Shown: positions 13,406 through 27,743 of the stretch, piece after piece | Position numbering within the stretch: the first letter of the stretch is position 1 | How the letters are laid out: every line of letters begins with the position of its first letter | From: Glaucostegus cemiculus | Taxonomy: Eukaryota | Length of the DNA: 64,000 nucleotides | NCBI GenBank assembly: GCA_976551045.1 | Contig: CDPCPM010000060.1 | Span: forward strand, 3,658,001 to 3,722,000 | Direction: 5' to 3' | Made by a program: the position numbers and the translations under genes | The notes under the pieces: generated by a model | Told to the model about the DNA's origin: nothing | The model's input: only the letters and a program-made list of their open reading frames with translations | Databases searched by the model: none

Positions 13406-15831
13406 GCCAGGAGTATTTAAAGAACTGAATAGTCCATGTATTGGGATTGCTAGCATCCCTCAAGGTGTGCATTAAATAAATAATTCTCTATTTCCTGTTA
13501 GTGATTGACATAACCAGTAAGGAAGTAGCCGAGATATGGTTGAAGAGACAAGGAAATGGTCCCCTTAAGATAATTAACCAAACAAAAAGACAAGTTAGCA
13601 GGCCAAAATCTCTGTAGGAAGCATAAATAACCAGATTGTGCATGAAAATGAAATCAAATATATGCAAGAGATGTCAGTTTTGGATAACATCAGTTTGGGC
13701 TTCATGTCCTCTTGTTTTTGTTGCCAGTGAAATTCAGAATATAGTCAAATAAATGTATCTTTTGTCTTGATCACTTAAATCTGATGCTCCATGCAGATTG
13801 CTCCAAAAGTCTGTTATATTCATGCATCAACCTATTGCTGCTGCTGCTACTGCTGCTGCCAGTTTCTAATTGAGTTTGTAGCAGATCCATTATAAATTAA
13901 CAATTTTTGGACTATTGTCTGGATTTTTAATCCAAAATGATACACAAATGTCAAAATTCAACATGTTGGAGAATTTACCCTGAGACTTGCTTTGAAAAAA
14001 TCATTCCCTCTTTATGCACTTGAATTTATCCATTTGCCAAAATGATTAAATGTAGAGTATAACTGAACTTATAGACATGTGACTGAAGTCCATTTTCATG
14101 AATGTTTTAATTTTTGTATTGCCAGCATTCTTGAAGCTATTGGTAACATTTTGCCCTTTTTCTTAAAACTGACATTTATGACCATCTATGTGTGATATAC
14201 CAATAAATTTTGAATGCTGTGAATAAGGCTGTTGATTGCTTAGCCTTCATAGAAACAGGCACCTATACTAAAACATGAAAACAGTTATTAAATTGATAAT
14301 GCATAAAATGGTTTACCTCACAAATTTTCAAATGCTAGTTGCTCATTCAGATAATTTATTCATAATTTTATTTTGTATAAAATCATTTACAACTGCAGGA
14401 TAATAATTAGAATTTCATGCACTTACAGAGAAAGCGTAGCTGACTGCAGGTGCAGCCAACCTTCCAGAATTAGGAAAAGAAATTGCAGAATTCAGGCATA
14501 CTTACTGGTATCCTGAATGTTACTAGTGCAAAAGTATTTTATTTAAAATCTGGTTCCTGGGCTGAAGAAGTATGATCAACTAAATCTAGACAACTCATTT
14601 TTACTTTCTGATTTGGCTTGTCTGAATATTATAGGGCTGAAGATTTGAAAAAAGACTATGTTTAGCATTGTTCCCTCATTGGTCAGTAAGTCAGAACAGT
14701 GAGATCTGTTAGCAACTTGAGATGTATGCAAACTAAACAAGACCTGGATTTAAACATCTGAAATTCCATCATCACAGCAGACACGTTTCTCATTTGCTGA
14801 AATGATGTGATGCAACCCTCCTCACCATTGGATATGATTGTGTATTTAGAGTAAAATTAATTAGTGTAATATTATAAGAGGTACAAACCACAATTTAGCT
14901 AGTTCAGAATAGAAGGAATATTGTCTTCTTTATTGTGGCTTAATTCATGTCTCTCACATTGGGATTGAATGGATGTGTAGGTGCAAACAGCTGCACTTCT
15001 CTAACAGCTGCACTTCAATTATTTAAGAGCTGTATGTCACTCAGGAGATACAGTTTGTCCATCCCAGTCTACAGCTTTGCTGTATAATTTTAAAAGTTGC
15101 AAAGGGAGATATATGTACACTGGCTGCTTGTTATCCTTTTTTTTTATTACCTGGAACAGTTGCCTAGAGGCAGCCTAGGGCAGGCAGGTTGGAGCCAAAC
15201 AAACGTTATTGACGTGGAGCCTCGCCCTACTGGCTTCATGTTTTGGGCAACTGGAGATACATTGCACACAGTTTCCTCTCTAATTTTAATGGCTACAAAA
15301 CCATAGATAGGATAACAAGCATTTTCTGATACATGGAGCTGGAAGTTGACGCTCTCTCATTGTCATAGATCAGTAATATAGAAGTCCTCCTGGTGTGACA
15401 TCACAAATGGGGATGGTAAATGGAGGATGCCATGCCTCATTCATGATGTCATTAGAAAGACTTGCTGTTTTCAGGAAATTAAGGCAAAAAAATTACATAT
15501 ACCATGTTCTAGAGTGTCAAACAAGGTAACATGAAGGACATATATTTAGGAATACATCTTGAAGCCCAGCATTACAGACTGCATGTTTTCCTATTAAGCC
15601 AAAAGCCAACCTTATACCACCTCCAAGCACCATATCTGTAGTCCTGCAGAAAATATCATGTTGATTTACCCTTCTGGTTGATTTTTATTTGATGCTGACT
15701 GTGAGATCAGTTGCGATCTAATTGTTTAGTGGAGCAGGCTGGAGAAACTGAATCGCCTTTCCTTGTTCCTGTACAATCTCTCTTTAAGCAGTCTATTACT
15801 GTATATTTATTCCTGCATTAACCATCAGTGA

Positions 15832-16086
<255 letters not shown>

Positions 16087-16852
16087 TAAGTGACGAAAGG
16101 TAAAGGTAGTACAGTGGAAAATAGGGAATTTGCTGATTAAGTTGTTTTTTTAAGCCTTTCCTTTGTTCTAATGTCACATCCCAGATATCATTTTGGAGTT
16201 GATGGGCAAACAGGAAACACATTGAGTTCTTCTGTTATGAACTAATCAGAATGAATTGTGCTTTCCCTCTGTGACTTCTGCTAGGCACGCCACACAGCTA
16301 CGCAGAGATAATGAGTCTGCTTCCTTCCATTTTGTGCCATCCACATGTCCCTAAACTGGTCAGCTTGCCTTGACCTGTGTAAGAAAGCATAAAATGAGAA
16401 TAAACCATTCAATTCAATTGTGTGGACTCTTTCCAGAGACCACCCCTGATATATCCCAATATAAATTCCTGAGGGAAAGCCACTGTGCCTCCTTAAAATA
16501 GTCTGTTCAAATTCCACAGTATTTATTTTCAATCTCCAATGGTCAGCTTCATCCTGTTGCCTCCACAGGCATGTTCACCTCCTTCCCTCCAGCACAGATC
16601 ATGATTATCATCCCATGTATCTAAAATGATCTCATCATTTCATCATTTCATCATTATCATCTCAAAAGTATCTAAAAGTTTTGTCTCTGCCATTTAGTCA
16701 TAGAGAGTCCCATGATACTCATTGCAATTATTAACCCACACAGCACTTAAAAATAACTATTATAAAATTCACTCAGAAGTTAAGAGTCCATTAAAGAATG
16801 GAGATACAATTTTCTGCACATTAAGTAGATACTGAAATCAGATCTAAGAAAG

Positions 16853-17152
16853 GATAAAATAAGATTTCTTTATTAGTCACATGTACATTGAAACATACAG
16901 TGAAATGCATCTTTACGTAGAATGTTCTGGGAGCAGCCCGCAAGTGTCGCCACGCTTCCGGCGCCAACATAACAGGCCCACAGTTCCTAGCCCATATGTC
17001 TTCGGAATGTGGGAGGAAACTGGAGCGCCTGGAGGAAACCCACACAGTCACGAGGAGAACATACAAGCTCCTTACAGACAGCGGCTGGAATTGAACCCAG
17101 GTCGCTGGCTCTGTAATAGCATGATGCTAACTGCTACACTACTGTGCCTGCC
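16853..17152 (-). mobile_element. tRNA-derived V-SINE, copy 3
   Basis: Reverse complement of copy 2: ctttattagtcacatgtac...ggaggaaacccacacag...gctaactgctacactactgtgcc. Confidence 0.92.
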
Positions 17153-18052
17153 TTAAAATATCAGATAGAAAGATACAGGAAAATAAGAAATGAGAGCACA
17201 AATTAGGGCTAATTTTGCTTTAGGATGCTGATATATAATGGGGGAAAATCAAATTAACTGCCCATTTTGCACTTGATTGCTATCCTTTGAAGTCAAATCA
17301 GGGCCAAGATCTGACATGGGCAGCTAAATTGAAAGCAATCAAATTACACTTATCATGCCAAGTGTTGTTTCTCAGGCTTCACAACCATTGTTTCAACGTT
17401 CCCATCTTTTCAAAAATCACCCATCTTTTTGAATTGAACAAAACACTTGGTCTAGCTTCTTGTAAAAGCCAAGTACATTCTATTGTTGTAAGCAATATAA
17501 TAGGATTTACAAACTGGGCCACATGCTCTCAATGAGGGAGTGGGATTAGTGTTCAACAAGTGCTTATTGAGAATTTGGGTGTTGGGGAGGTTTGAGGAAG
17601 CCCATTTGCTCCATCAGATCCTCCATTCATTATTGATGATGGGTGGAAATCCGAATTATCCATTGGAGAACAGGAAATATCTTAGAAAATATGTTTAAAA
17701 GAACTAATTTATTTTCTTTCTTTTCCGTGCTCTTTTATTTATTTCTTAAAACTAACACTGAAGAAATTGGTTTTGTAACTCCTCTATTTTCACTTGACTT
17801 TCCTCACTGTGAATCTGCTGGTTTGCAATGAAGTTTTGATGAGAAGAGACTATTACAAGTTATCCATCCCACTAGGATTGTCATTGGGCTCCCAAATGGT
17901 GAGCAAATTGTGAGTATGCATCGCATTCTGCTGGCCAGCCTGCCCCATGGCCCTCCCCTCCTTCCTGGGACCGATCAGATTAAAAAGTTAATTCCCTGTT
18001 TATTTAGCTTTAGCTTTCTAATAATAATGCTCTCAGCAAAAAGAATTCCAGA

Positions 18053-18410
18053 TTTAGAACATAGAACAGTACAGTGCAGGAACAGGCCCTTCGGCCCACC
18101 ATATCTGTGCCAACCATGATGCCAATTGAACTAATCCCATCTGCCTGCACATGGTCTGCACCCCTCTATTCCCTGCCTGTTCACATGTCTGCCTAAATGA
18201 CTCTCAAACATTGCTATCATATCTACTTCTACCAGCTCCCCTGGCAGCACGTTCCAGACACCTAGACTCTCTGCGTAAAACAGAAACTTGCCTTGTAAAT
18301 CTCGGTTAACCTTTCCCCCTCTCTCCTTAAGCCTGTGTCCTCAAGTATTTCACATTTCCACCCTGGGAATAAAGACTCTGATCTAATTTACAATACATTT
18401 CCTTTTGGCA
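18053..18410 (-). mobile_element. CR1/HER1-type LINE 3' fragment
   Basis: tagaacatagaacagtacagtgcaggaacaggcccttcggcccacc...ctggcagcacgttccagacacc. Confidence 0.8.
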
Positions 18411-18442
18411 CCCTTTAACTTTTTCATCCAGTGTTTTTTCCG

Positions 18443-18795
18443 GAATCAGAATCAGGTTTATTATCACTGTCTTATGACGTGAAATCTGTTGTTTTTCGAC
18501 AGCAGTACAGTGCAAGACATAAAATTGCAATAAATTACAAAATAAGTGAATAGTGCAAAAAAGGAATAATGAGGTAGTGTTTATGAGTTCATGGATTGTT
18601 CAGACATCTGATGGTGGAGGGGAAGAAGCTGTTTTAGAATCATTAAGTGTGGGTCTTCAGGCTCCTGTACCTCCTGATCAGTGGTAGTAATGAGAAGAGG
18701 GCATGTCCTGGATGGTGAGGGTCCTTAGTAATGGATGCTAACTTCTTGAGGCACCACCCCTTGATGGTGTCCCCAATGATGGGGAGGATTGTGCT
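18443..18795 (-). mobile_element. Rex1/Babar LINE 3' fragment, older subfamily
   Basis: (ctgatt)n tail plus aataaa on the - strand. The - strand encodes a ..KDPHHPGHALFSLLP..RRYRSLKTH.. C-terminus homologous to DPSHPSHHLFTILPSGRR at 42854. Confidence 0.8.
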
Positions 18796-19519
18796 CTTCT
18801 TGTCTGTCTTGAGCTTCATTTAAATTTCATGTTGTTCCAAGTATTGTTTCACTATTTCATTGACTGTCACTTTTAGATGAACTTCACTTTATCTGCTTTG
18901 AGTTATGTTTATCCAAGATTCTGCCTGACTTTCTGCTTCGTACAACAGCTCACACCCCACCCCTCCCCACCCCACAACCCCAATTCCTCCTCCTACCCCC
19001 TACACACTTATTTAGAACTACAAGTAGTTGATTTGGAGGAATGACCACGGAACTCAGGTTAACTGAGCACTGATCTTCCTGGTTTCAGCCAAATTTGGAT
19101 AAATTTGTTTGTTCCTTGGGAAGCCCTTAATGGCATTTTTAATGCATCTGTGAGGTGCAACTATTATCCCTGACCAATTATTTTAGCCTTTGCATCCGGT
19201 ATAGACAGGAAATGAAAACAACAGGAATTGGAAATGTAAGCTTGGCACTTCTGCTTGCTACTGTTTCCCAGACTTATCTGGTTTTATTCAGACTAAAAAT
19301 TCCTGACAGGTGCTGTCAACTGTCAAGCTTCTTAGCCAATTTCACCGCTTCTGCCAGTCACCAGTTGTTGTCATTATAGTCCTACGGTGATGTTAGTTAC
19401 AGTATATCTGCTTCTCTGTGAAATTGCCCTCAGGGAGCCAGTCTCTGCTAAATACAGAGGTGAGAATGAGCAGCTTCTGGAAAGTATACATTATGAGCCT
19501 AGGGACTAAAAGAATAAAA

Positions 19520-19720
19520 GAGAGACTTGAAATCATACAGTGCTTTTCACAATCCAAGGGTAGCTCAAAGCACTTTACAGCCAATTAAATACTTTTCAAG
19601 TGTAGTCACAGTTGTAACATTGGAAATACTGCAAAGTGTAGGTACAGAAGTAGCAACAACTAGGTAGTCTGTTTGCACGACAGTGGTTGAGTTTTAAATA
19701 TTGGCTAGGATACTGAAGAT
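19520..19720 (-). mobile_element. Deu-domain SINE 3' half, decayed
   Basis: ctcaaagcactttacagccaattaaatacttttcaagtgtagtcacagttgtaac...ggttgagttttaaatattggctagga. Confidence 0.6.
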
Positions 19721-19844
19721 AGCGATGGAATCATTTTTCTGCGTTTAAGAAAGCAAATATTGCCACCTCAAGACTTTAGGCTGGACGGTGTTCGTTTAGC
19801 ATTTCACTGGATTAGCCATGTATCAATGGTCATAAACATAAAGA

Positions 19845-20098
19845 TGGTCCTAACACTAAACATCCAGAGGACATTGATCCTCTACCAACCTGTCCATGTG
19901 CATAACACTGCCCTCTATCCTGCAATCAAAAACAATGGTGAGATGCTGGAAAATGTGGATCATTTTCCATATCTTAGGAGCAACATCTCGTGAAGGCAGA
20001 CATCAATGATGATGTGCACCAGATCGCCATTCAGCTGACTGAGAAAAGGGGTATTCCTACAGCCTCCTGTCTCAAAAGGCAATCCCTCAGGACTGAGG
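19845..20098 (+). mobile_element. RTE-clade LINE internal fragment (post-RT region), frameshifted
   Basis: ORFs 19760 and 19990 give LTLNIQRTLILYQP...NGEMLENVDHFPYLRS / KADINDDVH, which resembles the RTE LTINxxKT...LExVxxFxYLGS motif. Confidence 0.7.
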
Positions 20099-22218
20099 AT
20101 AGCTTGTGTTCACCTTTTCTCTTTGTGCTGCAACTTTCTGCAGTCTTTCTCTGTTTAAATAATAATTTGTACATCATTCTACCTTCCATTGTGAACAACT
20201 TCACATTTTCCCACCCTATTCTCCATTTTGCCAAATTTTTTATTGAAGACCTAGGGTTTACAAGTCTTAGAGAAAAGGACTGGGAAATTTAGGAGGCTGA
20301 GAAAAGAAGATAAAATGATGTACCATACGTTCAGATAAGAGTTACTGTATTGAGGATGCAGGAAGCTGAGAGAAAAGGGAGCTTGAGGAAAAGGATGAAT
20401 GGGATAAGATTTAAGAAGTTTATAAAGGAGAGAAAGACTTTAGGAGGATTTGAGACAAGAGCCTGGGAGCAGCAAACTGAGGAACAACTAATTGAAGACC
20501 CTGTAAAAAAAAAGATGCAGGAGATCAGGAAAGAAAGACATATTGTCAAATAAGAGGGCATTTTGAAAAGTTTCCAATGAAAGGAATTACAACTTATCTG
20601 AAGACACTGCCTGTATAATTTTTTTATGATTTGTGGACAATGAGTGCTGGATGAACTTGTCCTCCATAAGGTCCTTGCATGTCATACCTTCATGCCTTGC
20701 ATCAGGATCATCCAACAAACAGTGCAATCATCCCTGCAAATTGGCATTTGTTTTGAGAGCTAGTTGAAGCTTCCTCATCATTTCACACAGCAAGTATGGA
20801 ATATGATTTTTGTTCACTGCTTGTAAAATTGGAGGTATGGTTTAAAACAATTATTTTCTATGTTATTTTTACTTGTATAAATTCAATATAGAAGTAGGGG
20901 GTGTACGCTGTTGTATTGAAGATTGCCTGTGGACATAAATAAGAAAATCTAAATTGTTTAAAAATGAAGGTAGTGCACAATGGAATAACTGCACACCCAC
21001 AACTTTTCATTGTACTGTCAGTCAACCTGAGCCTTTGTGATGGATACTGGTCTTCATGACATAAGAATTTTCAGGTTCTGGGACAGTGTGCAGAGAAAAA
21101 TCAGGAAGTTCTTTCCCATCTTCAAGAGATAAGCAACAAAAATACAAATTCAGACTTTTGGGATTCATGAGGCGATGTCTCAGCTGGGAGCTTATATGGT
21201 AGTACATTGGAAAATAAAATAACAGACATTAAAAGTGGATCCGATTAATATATCCAGATAAGCCAAGGCAACAGAGCAAGTGGGTACAGGTTCAGGATTC
21301 TAGAGGAAAGATTATGATTGGCATTGGGACATTGACCTTAATATGAAAGTAATCACTGACTGGACTAGGGCTACTGCACTCGCTTAGTGCTATAATGGGA
21401 AAATGGGAAAACTGGGAAGAATAAGATCAAATCTGCCAGGGTGAGGTTGTTACGTGGTCCCTCATATCCAAACCCATCTTATGATCTTAACCCTTGAAGG
21501 AAAACCATCATATTAGGACCATAAAATTAGAGAACAGTTTTTTTTAGAAAATGTCTCAGCCAAAATTGATCTGTATTAATGACTGGAGTTAGTAATTACA
21601 GGCACAAGCTGATTGCAGCTGTGCTCCAGGGTCTGGTCTCACCATCTAAAGCCAGGCAACCCTTTTAAAAGATATGTTTGCACCCATATCACAGTCACGA
21701 CAGGGTAAAGGTTGCCCTTCTAACTAGGGCTTATTACTAAAATTGTATTGACATTCCTACCATTCTATAATAGAAAGCAGTATATAATAGAGTTGATATG
21801 TTGAGCTTGTTTTAATCAGCCTCAGATCACCAAGCTTTCCGTGTCCAAATATTTGCCCACAAGCAAGCGTATGCACTCTTCTTATAATGGGAAATAAGAT
21901 ACAAGAATACGTACAAAATAAGAAGTTAGGATGTCATTTAGATATGCAGACACGACACAGTAATTAACTGTTGACACTTGTGAATAAGCTAGCTCAAATT
22001 AATCTTGACACATTTGCAGACGAGTGATATCTTACAGTGAACACTTTGTAATTATATTTGAAAATGAAAATTAAATGACACTTAAAACTGGGTTGTCATG
22101 CTCAATGAAGCGGGAATGTAGTTAGATGGATGGGCGCAATAAAAACAATTTGTTTCTCCCTTGTTGGCAGCCTATTTGAAACAGCAAAAAAAAGTTATGT
22201 TTTGATTTATTTTGTTAA

Positions 22219-22371
<153 letters not shown>

Positions 22372-25300
22372 TGATATCACCCGTGGATGGATGTTTCCTA
22401 TCCTCGGTGTACCTTCCCTAAAACATTTTAAAAAGATTTGGAATGTTGTTAATAACTTGCATTTCCACTGAACTCCTTATGGATAGAAAGATGTCTCAAA
22501 TGTTGGGGGCAGGAGGAAGTAGAGGGATTTGGAAATGCACACATAGAGGGATTTGGAAAGGTTGCTGGAGGGTGGCTGAAGGTATGGAGAGTTTCAAAAA
22601 GAGTGTCAAGACAAAGAGGTCCCAAGAGGAAGAACCTGAGGCATGTGTATAGTGGCTAAAAGAATCTCTGCTGATAGTGAAACTGACAAAGTAATGAACA
22701 AAGAATAATGTGATGCCAGAGAAGCAGTGGTTAGATGCTCAGACATCTGTGCTGAAAGGTGATTGTTATTGTTGAATAGAGTGTGATCATGAAGGAATTT
22801 GAAAGCCAAGAGAAGCATATTGAACCAGGTCTATTGTACTAGAATTTTAAGTCCAAATCAAGCACACTAAATCAAGGCAACTGAATCCAGCAGGGCTCCT
22901 AGCCTTGTGAAATATAGGTGCTATAATTTCATTTTTAAAAGGTGACTTTTTCAATGGTGTAATTATAGTTAGATTCATTATACTGAGCATGGAAAATCAA
23001 CTTGTTTTCCTGTAACTTTTTATGACAGAGAATAACACTGGGCTTGACTATGCTTTCTGTGATTGCTTAACTTGCTGGCATTCATTGTCTTGGGTGCCTC
23101 ATGATTGGCAAAGTGCAAACACTTCAACCAGCATGAAAAAGTGTGCAGGAAAAAAAATTATAAATCAGTGGGAATATTTTTGATGGTAAAACTTGACATT
23201 TCTCTTAGCTCCAGTGTTCATTGGGTATTAACTGTTTGTAGTCTTGTTAGGTATTTTGTTAGGTGTTTTGTAATAGTTCTCCCTGAGACTGAATTAGTCT
23301 AAATGTACATGACATGCTGTGTACCCCTTCAAATCCAACCAGTTACCCTGTAACTATGTTTTGGTGAATGCTGACCTTTGAGGAGTATTTCATTGCAACC
23401 ACATATCACAGGTAGATTCCTCAATATCTCTTTCCTATCCATGGCAGTGGAGAGGTGAGCCATGTGAATGGGGTTGTCACTGAAATGGTGGAATTAAGTG
23501 GATAAGTGAGTCCTATTACAAAAAGGAACTCCGGGGACCAAGTTTTATGAAGGGATACTCCAGCAAAAAAGAATGTATAGGATGTATATTGAGTGAGAAG
23601 ATCAATATAATAGTGAAATCCAAGTTAAAAGTTGACCAAGTGAGATAAAGAATTTCAATGTTCTGATCAAAGGTGTAACCATCTGGTGTGAGGAAATTCA
23701 ACAGCAAATTTTGTTTGAGCAGTAATGTTAAAGCATGATTAACTTTTTCATTGCGATTTATCATTTTTACTGAGCAGGCTTATTTGATTCGATTTGAAAA
23801 ACTTCAGTCAACGTCTGCAATATATAGAAATTAATATATGCTGTTGTATCTTTGTTTGCTTTGCTTACCAGGTCTGCAGCACATGCGCTGTTCAAATGAC
23901 ACATTTTATTTTAAAACAAATTCTGCTCAGGTCCTTTTTAACAAATGAAAAAATCCAAATTTTCTGCAAATTACCACACTAATTATTCGTTCAGTTTTTG
24001 CATTACTTTTCAGGAATGTGTGAGGCACTTTTCACACATATTGAATCTGTGGGGAGTTAGCAAACTAACACCTGTAAAACACATTTCTTAACAAATTCTT
24101 TGTATATTTCAGTTCACGGTGAGTTACTCCAGTCTTGTTAAATAAAAGGACAGATGATGTGTAATATGATTATGTTTTTAATTTTAATTAGTACATGCAA
24201 AAAGTTGTTCAGGCTCTTCCCTTATCATCGTTTGGATTTGAAATTAATGTTGGAAACAAGTCTTGTCCAATCTGTAGTAGCTGACTTTCTAAAAACCACT
24301 GAAACCACGTAGCTCATGTTAATGGCATTTGCTGCTCTTCACTCAAAATAGTCAACCAGCACAGGAAGATTCCAAGGTTGAGTCTTACTCCACTCTTAAC
24401 TGGCAGATCTCTGCTTGGAATAGCAGCCTTATTAGATTCCTTCAGGAGAACAATATCAGCCAGTACTCATGTACCTGACCACCATCCAATAAATATGCTC
24501 GCAGGAGACAAGATCAGGTTTGTTATTGTGGTCACTACAGCTAAATCAACCTGCTCCCTCTCAAACAAGGATAATTTATGAACAGGAGCCATTTAGCTGA
24601 GTACCAGACAGATTAAAAAAAACTCCTCCCCTCTGTGGTTTTATATTCCAGTATCAGTCAGTACTGACAGGAGAGGAGACAAGGGGAGAAAACACTTCTC
24701 ATAGATCTCTGAGCGTGAACTTCACTGAAACTCTCACACACTGATGTTGCAACATTTACTGGCTCATGAGCTTTCAAGTTGTCTCCGTGTTTCCTTTCAC
24801 TTGTCATTGCATTCTATATTCTGTTCATTATTTTTGGTCATGGATATGCTAACCTGAGATCTGAAATCTGAGATCTGAAATCCTAAAATACAAATAGAGA
24901 AAGGCCACTCAGCCCATCAGTGTATTAAGTGGCACTTAAAATGTATGCTAATCCCATTATGGATTTTAATGTCATGGGAGAAAATTCTATGTAAGTATTT
25001 AGTGATCTCCAAGGGCTATCAAGCAAATCAATATTCATTCATTCACTCACAGAATCCCCCTGTCTCTGTCAGCAAGGCAGAAATGTCAAGTGCCAACTAT
25101 GGTGATTTAACCCTTGGCTTATTGCACGTAAGCGTTGTAAAGAGAAACATTGGCTGGTTGCTCTCCTGTAGAAAGAGACTGGATTGCAAATGAGCTGAAG
25201 TAATCAATGCTATGAGAAAGGAAAAATGCTAAAAGAAGGGAAAATAATTGCCCTACTAAATCCTATTTTAATCATAACCCCCAACTCCTCACTGCTTTGT

Positions 25301-25654
25301 TACACTACCAATAACAAACTCAGGAGTAAGATTAGAGCAAGTGGCAGAATGTTGACACCAGCTGCTTTGAAGCTGAATGGTCATAAGAAATCTGTAAAGG
25401 AAACAGAATTGCCAGAGTTTGGTTTAGACTGCCAGGATTAGTAGCAGTGCATTGAAGATGAGCAGGTACAGCAACAAGGTGGACAGGGAGAGACAAAAAC
25501 ACTGATAAAATGTTCAAAAAATTAACTGCAGTCTGAACAAGAAATCAGTTGTTGAAGAATGTGTGGTAATGAATTAGGAGAACTCGGAATGAAGTCAGCA
25601 AGCAGACATCGTTCATGAGTGCAATTAAATATCCATAAATAAGGATCACTTGCA

Positions 25655-25840
25655 TTTATATATTATTGTTTTTCACCTCAGGATGTCCCATTTTGCTTGA
25701 AGGACTTTTTAAAGTGTAGGATACTATTGTAGGAAATACAGTGGGTAAGTTCACACAGCAAGTTTCCACACACAGCAATGTAATAGCAACCAGATAATCT
25801 TTTCTTGATGTTGATTGAGGGATAAATATTAGCCAGGCCA
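25655..25840 (-). mobile_element. Deu-domain SINE 3' half, decayed
   Basis: cacctcaggatgtccc...cacacagcaagtttccacacacagcaatgtaatagcaaccagataatc...gttgattgagggataaatattagccagg. Confidence 0.65.
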
Positions 25841-27127
25841 AAAAAAAAATCAACTTGGGGAGACTTGACTTAAAACACAAGGATAGTTACTTGAAATGCA
25901 GTGGCAGAGGCCTGGGAGCAGGTGATGAGCTCAGCTGAGGTGAATATTACATGGTTGAAAAAAGAAAAATGTATGTATTCAACAGAAGTTGAGAGCAAAA
26001 ATTAGTGGAATAACGCCTGTTCCATACTTACATGCTTCACTTTCAAAGATTCTGAAGTGACACTTCTCTAATATGGTGGGAGCATCAAAAACATAATGCT
26101 AGTTAGTTAGGCTTTGATTTTTACAGAAACTAATATGACAAACAGGAATGTGGTTACACCTCTCTGCAGAATCCTTGCTTTTTCTTACTGTGTTTTGCTG
26201 TCTCCGTAGAATCTGTTTGTTATACACTGTTCCCTCAGTAATCACTCCCCAGTCAATTGAAGTTCAGTTACAGAAATGAGTTATAGCAGGTGGGATGACA
26301 ACACTGTGGAGAGTAAGATAGGGTATGGGTTTTGTGGTGCTGGATCAGTAGGAAGCCACGTTAAATCGCACTGTTGCGGGCTTGACATACACGGTTGTAT
26401 CATTGAGCTGCGTCTGTGTACTATGTTTGGCAGGGAAAGGGCAACCCAAGAGTAATTATTATTCTCATTGACTCTAGAGACCATTGCTTTTTTTGTTATT
26501 TATCATGTAAGTGATCCCCTCCCTCTGAGCTCAGTTTGGGAATGTACATGTTACAAATCAGCTCAGCTGAGGAAACCTGACACTTCAATTGGCACACAAC
26601 ATGAGTCTGGTATGTCTTTGAAAGAAGGCAGAAGATCTAAACAGAACAATTATGTTGGACCCGTTATGTGCCATTGTTGAGGTAAACTTCCCAAACTTCA
26701 TTTGCAGATTCTGTAAGTTATAAAAGAACTTTTATTTTCTCTCACTGGATCTTTCTTGCCTCCCTGCCCTCATCCTTCATTAATTAAGGAGATTTAAAAA
26801 CAAGTCCAGTATTTAACTTTTATTTTTAACAAGCTATCCCTAATTAACCAAAAGGGCAGCTAATTGAATAGAAGCTGGCTCTTACCCTTTGAAGTGCAGT
26901 GTGGTATTTGCAGCTGTCACACTGTGCCCACTGTGTCTGTAATTCAGCCTCTGTAAAATGATTTTCAGTGCGTTTCACTTTGAAATACCAAACACTAGGT
27001 CAGTTAAGTATGCCCTTAGGACATATTGTAACTGTTTCGCTGTTCTGAAAGGGGGAATGTGTTCAACTATTAGCTACCTGTGCAGTTAGGTGAGTTCTGA
27101 ACGAGCTGGATTAAATCGTATTTCAGT

Positions 27128-27235
27128 GATTTGAGCACAAACATCTAAGCTGACACTCCAGTGCAGTGCTGAGGAATGCTGCACTGTCAGAGGTGCTGCC
27201 TTTCAAATAAGGTACTAAAATAGGACCCTGCCCAC
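27128..27235 (+). mobile_element. Deu-domain SINE fragment
   Basis: ttgagcacaaacatctaagctgacactccagtgcagtgctgaggaatgctgcactgtcagaggtgctgcctttc matches the recalled SacSINE1/AmnSINE1 core. Confidence 0.75.
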
Positions 27236-27569
27236 AGAGAAGTATCCTTACTGTTCTGTCTATTATTGATTTCAGCATTAATGAAAAACCAGGTTTTCTG
27301 ATCGTCTCTATCATTATTGTCATTGACATAGATTCTTCAACGAATGCTCTCATCAGGATTTTGAGATTTAGAAATTATTTACTAAGCAAGTAAGGAAAAA
27401 GTTTCCATCTACAGTGATGGTAGAGCCAGTTACTGGTGGAAGTAGGAGAGATTAGTCAAACTAAAAAGGAAAATCTTCACTCCTGAGTGGAGTAAAAATG
27501 GGAAGTATAACAAGTGAATAAAGTAATTGGAAAAATAAGCAGTTCAACAAGGGAAGAGAGTACCACTAG

Positions 27570-27743
27570 AGAGGCACAAAAGCCTGCAGATGTGGGAATC
27601 TGGAGTGACAAGCAATCTGCCAGAGGAGCTCAGCGAGGTTTCAACCTGAAACTGCATCAGAGTTTCGACCCAAAATGCCGACAATTCCTTTCCTCTTACA
27701 GATGCTGCTTGACCTGCTGAGTTCCTCCAGCAGATTGTTTGTT
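27570..27743. mobile_element. Penelope-like terminal repeats in inverted arrangement
   Basis: acaagcaatctgccagaggagctcagc is an imperfect reverse complement of gctgagttcctccagcagattgtttgt. Confidence 0.7.

Noticed and set aside
13837-13862. (CTG)n read as the SoxD poly-alanine exon
   Set aside because: Wrong position (upstream of the zipper exon), no VQG..PPLMIP context, and an in-frame stop follows.
20260-20292. LREKDWEI as the upstream SoxD SKDWK exon
   Set aside because: Wrong order, immediate stop and no splice context.
20350-20553. Charged K/E/R-rich 67-aa ORF
   Set aside because: Purine-rich, low-complexity sequence with no splice or domain support.
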